Assembly (NCBI GenBank): GCA_951406725.2
Contig: OX597819.1
Coordinates: 9,982,001 to 10,046,000 of the forward strand
Reading direction: 5' to 3'
DNA: 64,000 bases
Source: Octopus vulgaris
Lineage: Eukaryota
The notes beneath the pieces were generated by a model, which made no database searches, was not told the origin of the DNA, and saw only the letters and a program-made list of their open reading frames with translations. Positions 49,451-62,530 of this stretch are shown here, in pieces (the stretch's first letter is position 1; every line of letters begins with the position of its first letter). A program made the translations under genes and the position numbers.

Positions 49451-50670
49451 AGATGTGCATATATTTCCCATTCCCCTTGAAGTTGAAGTAGATTTTTTCT
49501 GAGCATACTTTTATGATGAAGCATAATTTTTTTTACTCAAATCACTTCCTTTCATACTCACATCTGGGCTGAGTTCATATTGTATCTGGCTCTGATTGAA
49601 TGAATTATATATATATGTACACACACCAAGATTATTGGCAATTTGCCGTGCTCATGAAGACCCATCTGTCATGATGACAAGTGAGGTTCTAAAAAATTAT
49701 GCTTATGTTAGTACATGCTGGGCCCTGCATCCAATCTACTCTCATCAAGCATTTCCCCATATCTCAGTTTCCAAACACCCATCCCTCTACCACCCTTAAT
49801 TGTCATAGCTGTAATCATTTGAGGGCTTAATCAGCATATATTTAATTCCCCTTTTTTTACTATCACTTACCTCCTTCTTCCTTTTAAACTCCATCTTTAA
49901 TTCTCATCCTCATCCCTTTCCATACTACTCCCCACAATCACTTCTTTTCTGTGCCTTTAATCTCTCCCATCTGAGCAGCATCATAGTGCTCCATACCTCA
50001 TCTTTTACACCTATCATCCTCTTATATCAACCATTGATGCCGCCCCTCTCACAGCCATTGCTCTCCCTCTCCACTTTCACATCCTGCTCTTCATCTCATC
50101 TATCTACAAATTCACGACACTACTGCTTACATCTCGTGCCACTGTTTGTCATCTCTTTCATGAGCCACTTCTTTCTCACCTCTCCCTTCATACTGATATT
50201 TTCCCTCAACTACACATGGACCTATGTTCATCACACATACAAACACTTCTAGTCCAGGCTCTAACCATCTCTCGTTTTCCTCTTGATCCACCATTTATAT
50301 TCTTTATACTCACCAGCTTGTAACATGAGAGTTACCCTCTGCCACTATGTCACCAATATCTTTATATCTCTTCCAGATACTCTCACCCACCCTCATATAA
50401 TGCACCATGTCCATGTATCTCCTTTATAGCAAGACATCTGTTCATGTTCCTCAGTAATACTTTAATCATTACTTGGCATAAAGCCACCTTGCTCTCTCTC
50501 TCTCTCAAATACATTCCCAGTTAGCCAAGGATCTTTCCTTTCCCCTTTTATTTTCTTTGTTTTCAACTTACATGTCAATCCTACTGGAGCTGGTGTCCTA
50601 AAAAATGTGCCCAGTGCACACAGCAAGGCAGTTGGTATTGGTAAGCACGTTCAGATCTTCATCAATAATT

Positions 50671-51053
50671 GGAAGCACTCCATCGATTACGACGACGAGG
50701 GTTCCGGTTGATCCGATCAACGGAACAGCCTGCTCGTGAAATTAACGTGTAAGTGGCTGAGCACTCCACAGACATGTGTGCCCTTAACGTAGTTCTCGGG
50801 GATATTCAGCGTGACACAGAGAGTGACAAGGCCGGCCCTTTGAAATACAGGTACAACAGAAACAGGAAGTAAGAGTGAGAGAAGGTTGTGGTGAAAGAGT
50901 ACAGCAGGGATCACCACCATCCCCTGCCGGAGCCTCATGGAGCTTTAGGTGTTTTTGCTCAATAAACACTCACAACACCCGGTCTGGGAATCGAAACCGC
51001 GATCCTACGACCGCGAGTCCGCTGCCCTAACCACTGGGCCATTGCGCCTCCAC
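50671..51053 (-). mobile_element. tRNA(Arg)-like-headed SINE, tail type 1
   Basis: TSD catcaataatt at 50660-50670 and 51056-51066; near-identical to 3552-3938. Confidence 0.85.
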
Positions 51054-51318
51054 TCCATCAATAATTATGTGTACAGTTACCACACCAACTCCAAACTTAT
51101 TGTTTTTAGAGACACAACAGTCTTTGTTCAGTAAATTGCGAATTTTCTCAACCAGCTTTGATGGTCTGACATCACCTCCTCTCCCACTTCATCATTTTTC
51201 CCCTCCCCTCTACCACCCTCAAACCTCTTGTGCCAGTGAAATTAGTCCACGATCAGTCTGGAGCATTTCATAAGTTTCTTTAGTGATTTTTGCCCAGTTT
51301 AACACATTTTATTTCACA

Positions 51319-51719
51319 CTAGCAGTATTGCCCGGCGTTGCTCGGGTTTGTAAGGGAAATAACTATATAAGCATTTTTAGAGATGTAAAGTATAATTAGC
51401 CATCTCAATATGGCTAACCACAAAGGGGGGGTGGGTGTTACTGTAGCTTTTTACGTTCTGAGATTTAATAATAGATTTTTAGAGAGTTACTTCCCTTATA
51501 TATGCCAAAAATGCATTAAAAATGGGAAAAATTGATGGTAAATTTTTTTTTAAATTGTAGACTCATCGTAGATGCATGCTAATACCCAGAAGGGCTCGAT
51601 ATGAATCACGACTATAAGATACCCGGTTTTGGTTAAACTGCACCACAAAATGTGGGAATAGTTAGGAATCTAAATCGTAGGAGACAGACAGCACACAACC
51701 TCACTTTTATATATAAAGA
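51319..51719 (-). mobile_element. Non-autonomous Helitron
   Basis: Same family, with TC/CTAG ends. Confidence 0.85.
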
Positions 51720-52041
51720 TTAACCTTCTAAACATCTCGTCTGCATTCTGCAAACTAATCAGTGTTTAGTAGGTTGTGTTCAAAGTGGTGTTACAGCTGG
51801 TTCCTTCAATCTGAAATAACAAAAGTTGGCAGGTTGGCTTCTAGATATATAGTAATGATATATTAAAATTACAATAATCTAGGACAGTTTTATTGCCCTT
51901 CTTAAAAAAAAAAAAAAGTCTCAAAACTTCTGGAATGCACTGTATATATATATATAAATATGTATACACATTTTTTTTCTCTCTCTAGTTTCAGCTCAGA
52001 GCTGCGGCCATACTGATGCAGCGCTGTAAAAAAATTCCAGT

Positions 52042-52113
52042 CAGCAGAGTGTAGTTTCGATCTACGGACCTCTGGGTTATTGGCCCAGCAAGCTTCCACA
52101 GCGCAACTCTGCT
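52042..52113 (-). tRNA. Initiator tRNA-Met-derived 72-nt copy with anticodon AAT (likely pseudogene)
   Basis: AGCAGAGTTGCGCTGTGGAAGCTTGCTGGGCCAATAACCCAGAGGTCCGTAGATCGAAACTACACTCTGCTG aligns end to end with metazoan tRNA-iMet (A1-U72, GGG/CCC anticodon stem, ATCG T-loop). It has D-arm and T-stem mismatches, and a T7 run just downstream. Confidence 0.8.
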
Positions 52114-52122
52114 ACAACATAT

Positions 52123-52518
52123 TACTCTTTTACTTGTTTCAGTCATCTGACTGCGGCCATGCTGGAGCACCGCCTTTAATCGAGCAACTCGACCCCGGGA
52201 CTTATTCTTTTGTAAGCCCAGTACTTATTCTATCGGTCTCTTTTTGCCGAACTGCTAAGTAACAAGGACATAAACACACCAGCATCGGTTGTCAAGCAAT
52301 GCTAGGGGGACAAACACAGACACACACACGCATATATATATATATATACATATATACGACGGGCTTCTTTCAGTTTCTGTCTACCAAATCCACTCACAAG
52401 GCTTTGGTCGGCCCGAGGCTAAAGTAGAAGACACTTGCCCAAGGTGCCACGCAGTGGGACTGAACCTGGAACCATGTGGTTGGTAAGCAAGCTACTTACC
52501 ACACAGCCACTCCTGCCT
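52123..52518 (-). mobile_element. SINE family C
   Basis: Full-length match. Confidence 0.85.
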
Positions 52519-52746
52519 ATGTATATAGATACATACACACACACATATATATGTATATAGATACAGACATACATACACATATATGGTTAGGCTGTTGTAC
52601 TCATGGTTTCAATTTCCTGGCTGGGTGGTGCATTGTGTTCTTGAGCAAAACACTTCACCCTTCATGTTGCTTCAGTCCCCCTTTCAACGATTGGCGAGGG
52701 GGAGTGTTGGCCTGCTCCCCCTAGCCAATGGGGTGCCATCATTTAA

Positions 52747-54960
52747 CCCTTTGAACCCTAACCACCCACAGGAATTGAATACACTACCCTAAGCTCCAAG
52801 TGAATTTCACTGAAAATTGTTAATTTTAGAATATGTGTTGAAAGACATGCTTGTTTCACAAGACAAAAGTATAAAAAATGGTGAAAAATGATAGAATACA
52901 AGATTTCCAAGTCACTTATTTATCTCCAATACTGTCGTTTGTTGTGCCAGGTGTTTGATTCTGGTTTCCCAATTACAGAGGAATACTTTGTAGTGGTTCC
53001 ACCAGAAGATAGTCTTTGACTGTTTTGGCAAGTCCTTATACTGAGCTTAGGATTTGCTCTCTTCGCCCGCCTATGTTTCTCCATGCACACAGCCACAAAT
53101 GATTGTTTGTGGTTGTTCAGCTCATTCCACCTCATGCAATCCAACATCAATGATTATGTCCTTGTTTGGGTACTGACCTTCACACCACTGATTAGTTCAT
53201 GACAAAGCTTAGCCAAGAAAGCATGGAATGTGAAGGCGGTGAGCTGGCAGAATCGATAGGACGCCGGACGAAATGCTTAGCGCTGTTTCGTCTGTCGTTA
53301 CGTTCTGAGTTCAAATTCCGCCGAGGTCAACTTTGCCTTTCATCCTTTCCAGGTTGATAAATTAAGTACCAGTTACGCACTGGAGTCGATGTAATCGACT
53401 TAATCCGTTTGTCCCCTCTATGTTTAACCCCTTGTGGGGAATAAAGAAAGGTCTTTTGTTAGGCTGGACATGGGGCTTGTAAAATCCCTGCAAAACAGGC
53501 ATTATATGATATTCACATAAAGAACTTCATCACTAATTGGCAAGGCCATTTGTAATGGCATTGACACCTGTAGATGCATCATTTGGTTGTATTTGTCTGT
53601 TTCTCTCACGAAGCTATTGTAACTCTTCACTGCCGTGGGACAGGTACCTTTCTGTATTCATTACAATCACACCTGGTGACTGAGGTCATGGGTGAATCAA
53701 CATAAATTGACGAAAAGAAAAAAAATATATGGGGCGTTTGTCCATCCATACCTTCGCTACAACGTTCCCATTGAACAGAACCACTGATTCCCCTTTTTTG
53801 AATTTCCCTGTTAGTTCTTTTGAGACATTCTGTTGATCAAAGCTGTTCCACACAGTCCTATAAATATTCTGCAACCTCAACTGATGTATAAAATCTATCC
53901 GTGAATAGTTCTGGGCCCTCCGTTATTCGCACAAGATTTCCCGTGGCACCCAGATTATCAACTGCTCGGGCATCTGGTCTCAACCCAGTGTACACTTCAG
54001 CATTCACAATGTAACCATTTGCACAGTCTGTTAGCAAGAATGTCAATAGATGAGTGTCTTTGATGTATTTTATGGATATGACGTTTTTGGTCAGAATCAT
54101 GCCTTCCTCTGAAGATAGCTCACATTCAGGCACTGTTTTTGAAACATTGGCAAAATTTAATCAATAAGTGGCCATGACTTATATAGTTTGTCTTTCTTAT
54201 TTCCATTAGGATCATCCTCAACAGTATAACATTGACCATATAGCTAAAAACCTGTCCCTTACCATAACCTACCCAAATCCTGGAGTTGATGCCAAAAAGC
54301 TGCCTTTTGTACACCAGTACTGTTCATACTTATCCTTATGAGCTAATACCTCTATGGCATCTCTACAACCAAAGAAAGGCTTCACCTCTTTTACCATCGG
54401 GTCATATCATTTTTTTGCAGCATAGTTATTGGGCTTAGCAGCCTTGACACTTGTGGCATTCTTATTACTTTCTCTAACCAAAACGTTCCAAAGCACTTTG
54501 TCCCAGAACAGGGAAAGGAAATCCAGGAGGCCACTTTCTCCAGTTAGATGAGGTGGAATGTCCTTTGGGCCTGTGGGGTGGTTAGGATTAAAGTCTTGCT
54601 ATAAAACCAGCCATATCTTGTCTTCAGGGAGCAGGAATATTCATGTTTACTACCTCCATCAAGCCTCTGCCATGCCCACCACTATGCCACCCCTCCTATT
54701 AGCCTGGAGCATTTGGGCATGCACTGTCTACATTATGTACAAGTTCACCTTGATCACTGTCGGAATTGCTGGGCGATTCTTCACTAGTTTCTTGCTCAAA
54801 ATCAGTTTTGTTACAGTAATCAGACTCATCTAAATCATCACAAAGAATCTGAGCTTGTGCTTCTTCAGCACTGACATGTTTTGAAGACATTCTCAGAAAA
54901 ATTCAAGCACAAAATAAGGAATCCACGATAGAATATGTATGCCGAAGACCCAAAATAACA
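52747..54960 (-). mobile_element. Decayed piggyBac (PGBD4-like) transposon
   Basis: TTAA|CCCTTT terminus at 52743-52752. Minus-strand frames give NGYIVNAEVYTG..LFTDRFYTSV, KGE..AKVWMDKRPI and an acidic N-terminus MSSKHVSAEEAQ..DDLDESD. The second TIR was not found. Confidence 0.8.
53233..53449 (+). mobile_element. SINE family B inserted in the piggyBac relic
   Basis: GGCGGTGAGCTGGCAGAA head and GCCTTTCATCC core. Confidence 0.8.
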
Positions 54961-55119
54961 CACTCACTGATTGGTTGCTAAGTGGCTATTTTTATAGCAT
55001 GTAACAAAATGAAGACACATGGAGTCCCAGTAGACTGGCATTTCTAGCTTAGTACCAGTGCACAGCGTTGTATAACATTTAATAGCCTGGTTGATCATGT
55101 GACCACATGATTATACAGT

Positions 55120-55500
55120 CTGCCAAAAAGGCTTTTGGCTCTCTCAAGAAGAGTCAATGTATCCGTCTTGATATTTCCTGCAACATAAAGTTCAAAGTGT
55201 ACAGTGCCACAATACTCCCCTGCCTCCTTTATACCACAGAACTCATAGCTCTCTACCACAGGCACAGCAAGGCTCCAAGGTGAGTCTGGCTTGGTCATCT
55301 ATGCTCCATCTTGCATATCAGATGACAGGATTGCATTCCTGATGTAGAGGTCCTGCACAGCGCTGGAAATTAGTGTGGAGGCCCTCATTGCAGCTGTGTT
55401 GGAGCAAGATACAGCAGGCTCCCAAAGATAATTTTTTATGCTGTATGGTGTCAGGGCAGGAGGTGCTGTGGTGGCCAAAGATTCTGATACAGGCATGTGC
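55120..55500 (+). mobile_element. Old RTE C-terminal fragment
   Basis: Plus-strand hand translation gives KAFGSLKK, KFKVYSATILPCLLYTTE, IPDVEVLH and RLPKIIFYA..GGQR. Confidence 0.65.
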
Positions 55501-57778
55501 TGATGATTTGGTTAAACATGGCTTTTAAATTATGAATTTCAATTATGGAATTAAAGATGTTTATCCTAATGAAACAGCTGTTGATCATAAAGTAGGGATG
55601 TAAAATTTATACTTTTCTTTTATCCTAAATTAATGCCTGCTTTCCATTCTGGCATAGGTTGAACAATTTGACACACTGACAAGCTAGAAGTGTGTGCCAA
55701 CCTCTATTGACTGCTTTGGCATGGTTTCTATGACTGGATGTTTTTCCTAATGCCAACCATATTAAAGTGTGTACTAGATACTTTTTTATGGAACCAGTAC
55801 TAATAAGCTCACCAAGTAACTAGCAAAACAAGACTTCCCACCAACTGAGTGAGGGATACCATATTGAGAAATCTTTTACACAATATTGTAGTAAATTAAA
55901 AAAAAAGATTTGTATTTCAAAAATGAATAGCTTTGATATTCATTTCTAATCAAACTATAAATTCAAGATATTGTTATTCCTTTCATAAAGATCCATTGGT
56001 GGTGAGTCCCTGATAAGTTTTACATGGAACTGACTGTTGCACACCAGCAACTACTTGCAGCCTGTAATTGAAATTAATCTGAAGACAAGGGCAGATTAAA
56101 CTAGATTAACAGACTCTGATATTACATTTCCAAAATAACCCATTATTTATTGCTGATAGCTAAGTGCAGCAAATTGAGTTGCTGGAACATCGGATGAAAT
56201 ATCTCGAGGCTTTTAGCTTGGTTTCTTGCATTCTGACTTCAAATCTTGCTAAGGCCAACTTTGCTTTCATTCTTCTGGAGGGGAGAGGCTGATAAAGTAC
56301 TAGTTTACGGTAGAAGACTGGCAGAATCATTAGAGTAACATACATAATGTCTTGAAGTATTAGTTCTGAGTTCAAATCCATCTGTGGCTTATTTAGGTGC
56401 CTTTTTCAGAATCTACACAATTGCAAGCATTCAAGCTAAGTCTCTGGTTTCATACCTTTTTTTCTCCTCCCTCTCTCTCTCATAAGTCACGAAGGCCCTA
56501 AAAAGGGTCATAAGGACTGTCCTTCTTTCCAAAGTGATTATTAAAAAAAAAAAGTGAGCTGAGGAAATGCAGACTAATATGTTCTAACCAAGTGCTAGCT
56601 GATTTGAACTCATGAGCAGGTAGTTCAAAACTTTTCTCAGCATAACTAAATTACTAAGTATTATTCAATTGTTTTTATCATCTGACCAAAACTACCATCA
56701 AAGTTTAGGAATATTGGAGCAAGTTAAGGTCAGCCATTTAATATATATATATGAATATATTTTTAGCTTCATTTTAAAATAATTTTAGGATTCTAACTAC
56801 GAGGATGAACTACTACAAGACATTTAATGCAAAATACCATAGTCAAAACTGACAGGGGTTGTGTTATACTACTGTAATAAAAAAGGAGCACAAAAGTGGA
56901 GTGGTATCATGTTGAAGATGTAGTCAAGTAACATGGCAGTTGGGTCTTATTCAGCTTTAGTATTATCAGAACCATGTCTGGCCTGTTAGATTGGTAGCAA
57001 TATTTTGTGATTATCTTGAAATAAGCTAAGTGAGCATGTGTGTCCTGTGGTTATACAAAAGCTTAAGTAAATAAAGGAAGTCTACACGGTTACTTAACCT
57101 AATACAAAATAGCAACCAAATCTCTGCTCATGATGGGCACAGCCAGAATATCTTTGATCATTGGTTTGACTGATCAGGACTCCTCTAGGGCTAAACAACT
57201 GCAGTCCCCTTGATTCTTAACAAGCCTAGCTAGATTGAAATCCTGATAGTTTGGTTATTAGCCAAAGTTGTTTTAGATGACTACTAAAAATATTTCCTCT
57301 TGACCACTATAGGATTCAGTTTTTCACCAAAAGAAAAAAATGGGTAGGATTAATTAACTAAGACAGAAGGGGCTGAACAAAAAAAATAAAAAATAAAATA
57401 AAGTCTCTATGCTGATCACTTGATTTGTTAGAAACAGCAGCCAAATCTCCTTCAATACACAAACTGTTACTTTCAAAAAAAAAGAAAAGGACACAAAGTA
57501 GTGATAGATATTAAAAAAAAAAAAAAGAGATGGGTATAGCTATAATGTCTTTGATAATAAGCCTAAGCTAAGGCAATCAGTGATAACCACCACTAAGTAC
57601 ATCTGACATCTTTTAAATGCAAATTTGCAGTTTAAGTGTTAGGTCAGCTTTTTAATTTTCTTCATCAATGATCTATTTCATGTCAAAAAGAACAACCAGA
57701 AAAGAACAGTGATAGAAGTGACTCTGTGGTGGTTGTTTGAAATCACATCCGTTTCCTCCAACAACCAATGCAAATAGC

Positions 57779-57884
57779 TCAAGTGTAGAGCCAAGTTCTA
57801 GTGACCCTTGGGTCTGGAATCATTGTAGTCTTTGCATTTTGATAAAATACTGAAGGATTCTTAAGAGCTGAAGCTGCCAGTGGT
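57779..57884 (-). CDS. Candidate terminal coding exon of an unidentified minus-strand gene (..PLAASALKNPSVFYQNAKTTMIPDPRVTRTWLYT*)
   Basis: Strong acceptor tttcactttgtaccttgcAG|, open frame to TGA, and repeat-poor surrounding sequence. No homology recognised. Confidence 0.35.
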
Positions 57885-58743
57885 CTGCAAGGTACAAAGT
57901 GAAAGGAGTTAAGCAAATGAAAGATTGTGTAAAATGTACAAAAATTATCGAAACGAGAATAAACAAACGATATGCACCACAAAAGTGAGACAGGTGGTGA
58001 TGATGATGATGATTTTCTCTTACCTAGAATTCCTTGAGAAACAATGAAGAAGACGTGAGAACAGGTGAATAAAAGAGCAGGAGGGTAAAAGTCATACTGT
58101 AAACAAGAGTTTAATAGAGAACATCTACAGAATCCTGATATATCGTTAAGACAGGTGATAATTGAGAATTGTTCTTTTTGTGGTTGATCTTTTATTTTGT
58201 TTTAGATTTTCTTTCTCCATCAGTGATTCATTCAGAAACAGAAACAAACATCCATCTGCAATTATTTATAGAAAGCCTTTGATCAACTCATTTCATCAAT
58301 CAAATAGGCAACTAGCTACTTGGTGTACCTTCCATAGAAGAGAACAACAGGCACCTATTTACCGTTAACAAATCAGAAATTTGCAAAAGCAGAATGACGA
58401 CAACAACAACAACAACCAGGCATTGTTGTTATTATGCCGATTCTGATATCTCACCAGAACTGAACAGCCAAAAAAGAACTGAGTGTTAGTGTTGGAGGTT
58501 GCATTTCTTTGATCCGACTGGTGCAAGAGTCCAGTCAAGCCAACACCAATTAGCTATTTACAGACATTTACACTGCAGTTAGGCACTGAAAAACTAAAGA
58601 GACAGCCAACTTGAGGGAACTTTTACTTTAATACTGGCCAAGCGAAAAGGAAAAAAAATGTGTTTTATGTTGATGAGAGTGTTCAGTGTGCATAGGTTGA
58701 TGGAATAGCAATTGCAATATTTACTTTAGCTAGCCTATCACTC

Positions 58744-59012
58744 ATATGTATATGTATATACACATATACATATGTATATACATATATACATGTATATACA
58801 CATGTACATGTATATACACATGTATGTACATATATGTATATATATGTATATATGTACATGTATGTATATGTACATATATATATGTGTATATATACATACA
58901 TATATATATATATCTGTGTATATATACATATATATCTGTGTATATATACATACATATATATATATATCTATATTATATACATATATGTATATATCTATAT
59001 TATATACATATA

Positions 59013-59045
<33 letters not shown>

Positions 59046-59232
59046 CTATATGTATATATATATATACATATATATATATATCTATATGTATATATATATA
59101 TACATATATATATATCTATATATATATACATATATATATATCTATATGTATATATATATATACATATATATATATATCTATATATATATACATATATATA
59201 TATCTATATTATATACATATATATATATATAA
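58744..59232. repeat. (TA)n/(TACA)/(TATC) compound microsatellite
   Basis: Directly visible. Confidence 0.95.
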
Positions 59233-60931
59233 AATGTGTGTGTGTCACTTACATTCTACTGGAATACATAAATACTTCTTCTATGTGCAAGCTCACAGAC
59301 ACTTCTATAAACTGGCATATGCAGCAATGTTAGTACATTTTACAGCAGCAAAACTAGTAGGTGGCAGGACACTTGTTAACAGGTGATAGAGGGGGGGGGG
59401 AGATCAATGGCAGGACATCATGAAGCATGCCAGCCACTGCTAGTTAATGGGTAAGAAATGATTTGTATTTTCTTCACAGAGAAGATAGAGCATAACAGGT
59501 TATTGTTTCAGTAGAAAATTCCAGATAATTCAACCCCACTGTCCCTAAAAATTAGAAAATGCTTCTTAAAAATTGCCACGTCCATAATTTGCAAAAATTA
59601 TCCATCATTAAAAATTTGAAATAAATGAGTTTATAATCCAATGGATCTTGACAAATTTGATAGATTAAATACCAAAATTTCTTTTACAAACCAATTAAAA
59701 CAAACAAACAAAAAACTGAAAGGAAAAATAATTTAAAAAAAATGGAAAGCATTTGCATGCTTGCTTTTTTTTTTATGATTTAAATGTGTTTCTCTCAGAG
59801 AACACTGCTGACAATTTAAGGAACAAGCCCTTTTTTCTTATGGGAACAACACTGACAACAAAAGACTATTAAATTAGAGTGTATAAACATGAGAGACTTC
59901 AGTAGGTGTTAAGAATTTGGATTTCGTATTCTGATTTTGTATTATAAAACATGATTTGATGGTTTTGTTTTTATTCTTTACTATTCTACATTAAAATAAT
60001 GTAAAATAGGAGACAAGAATAATACTACTCTTTTGAGATTAAAGTTTTTTTTTCAAGATGAATTATAAAGTCTTGAGCAAAACATTCCCATAAAAAAGTC
60101 CCAAAATCTACTGGTTTCACATGGTCTGAGTATGTGTTTGTTGTTAAGTGGATGTCTGCCAAGATCTTTTCTGATTTACTACTGTGTCCAAAATCACTTT
60201 GAATTATACTTTAAATAACTATTGTAACAAATAGCACATCTGAGAATGGTACACATCTAAGAAATTTTATATACTTTACCATAAAATGATAAATGCATAC
60301 AACTTCAAACATATAATGTACCAAAATTCTTCAAGAGTTCTGAAAAATGTTCAGTGTTTGTTTGGTGTTTTAATTTTATTTACTTTTTTCTTCTTTTTTT
60401 TTTTGAGAGTGGTCAAGAAAAAAAAAACATCAGAATGAGTTTGTCAAAAATCATTTGGCACTGATACCAGAACCAATTTCCAGCAAGTCTCAGCTTGGTC
60501 CAGGCAATGTTCACAAAGAGTATAAAGGTAAAAATAATTTAGTCAGTATGTTCTCTAAGCAAATACTCACAGATGCACATCAAGGGTAGACATAAAAGAA
60601 AAAAAAAAAATAATCAACCAGATACAATTTTGCTGTGTGGATGAAGAGTTAGAAATAACCAGCTAGTAACCAAATCATAAACAAACAGCTTTTTGTATTA
60701 CTCAAACTTTCAGAAAATATATATACATATATATATATATTTAAGTAGGTGAATGAATTATCCTAGCATGGAAAATTCGTTTAATCGATACCTGGGTAGC
60801 AAATTCACATCAGAAAACACGGTTGAAGCGACCTGTCAAGGGTAGAAACTCCGGGTTCTTGTGTGGAAATTTGTGTGTTTTTTATATGAATGAAATCTTT
60901 ATATGAAATCTTCGTTCGACTCCATTCTTTC

Positions 60932-60982
<51 letters not shown>

Positions 60983-61796
60983 AGTGAATGTAAGATACAT
61001 AATCTTTTCAGAATATTGCATGTCTTTCATTGGTACAAATTCTATTGCTTAGTAACTAAATATAGCATGCATCTACATCTTTCCTGATGCCATCAGAATA
61101 TCTACCAGATAACCTAATTACTTATTCAATTATCTGAACTTTTTTAGATGAATGCAATGCATAGTTACAGTTATAGAGTTACTGATTCCTTCACATTTGA
61201 TAAACTTTAGTAAACTAATTTTGAAACACTACAACCTATATCATTAAGTATTAATCTGAAAAGATTTAAGATAATTTCATTGCTCCTCTCCAGGAACTGA
61301 TTAACACTTTCATGTAGAGAAATAACACCTGGGTTATAAAAAGACATTGGAACACACCTAATTATGCAGTTATACATTCTAGTAATTCTGAAAGATTTAG
61401 TTTTAAAGGCATCAAAATAAGGAGATTTACCATATCAAATTTTACATAAAAAAAATATAAACCAATAGTGTTTTTTTTTACAGAATATAAATAAAACTCA
61501 GCTTTAGTAACAGCATTATGAAGGCACTGACTAGAATAAATTGAAGCTAAACAGTTATATATTTCCCATAATATAGTTTTAATCTGAGAAACATTGAAAC
61601 ATTTTTTTTTGGACAACAGAAGTATTATTTTGAAAATTCTTAAATGAGATAAAGCTATTCTTAAAGTTAGAGTAATACAACAGGACTTGAGACAGTATCT
61701 TCCATACTTGGAAGCTAACAAATTCAGAGTGTCATTTGATTTAACATTCCTGCAACCAATAGCAGATATATGTCAATTGATAAAACTAATATAATC

Positions 61797-62530
61797 TTAG
61801 AAAATTACTATTTGTAAATCTCACAATGAGAGATATTCAGCAACAGTACTTTGTAGTAAAGATTATTTGCTAGGGGTGGTACTGCCAAATTCCTGTTCGA
61901 AATATATATTTGAAAACTATATATTTTGTATGGGAATTTAGTAGCACCACCTCTAGCTGAACAATTATTCTGTGCTGATGAAGGGAAATAACCCAGAAAT
62001 CGCAATACACGGATATTATTTTGAGCTGAGTGGGGGTGCTAGATTCCCTTGTTTGAAAATATAAGGACACAGATCGTGTGGTAGAGTCAAATGGAGACGA
62101 TGTCTCCTGGGGCTAAATTACAGCAACACTCGTCCTAAACCAGGACTGCCATGTTATGTTGGCAAATAATCTTTACTCCAAAGAACTGTTGCTGAATATC
62201 TCTAGTTGAGAAATTTACAAATAGTAATTTTCTAATTTATAGATCAGTGACTAGTTGTCACTTTGAAAACTACATGTTTCAAACGGGAACTTGGCAGCGC
62301 TACCTCTAGCCAAACAATTATTCTGTTTTGATGAAAGGAAATAACCTGGAAATCACAATACACAGGTATTGTTTTGAGCTGAGTGGGGGTGCTAGATTCC
62401 CTTGTTCAAAAATATAAGGACACAGATCATGTGGTAGAGCCAGCTGGAGATGATGTCTCTTGGGGCTAAATTACAGCAACACTCATCCTAAACCAGGATT
62501 GCCATGTTATGTTGGCAAATAATCTTTACT
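61797..62530 (+). mobile_element. Penelope/retrozyme-like repeat: 353-bp-period direct repeat with hammerhead-like cores plus 5' inverted segments
   Basis: ~61940-62177 is repeated at ~62293-62530. 61797-61870 is inverted relative to 62162-62235. CTGATGA..GAAA core at 61975-61999. Confidence 0.65.

Noticed and set aside
55095-55496. Two in-frame minus-strand ORFs separated by one TAG (possible readthrough gene)
   Set aside because: The plus strand carries recognisable RTE C-terminal motifs, so the minus ORFs are antisense shadows.
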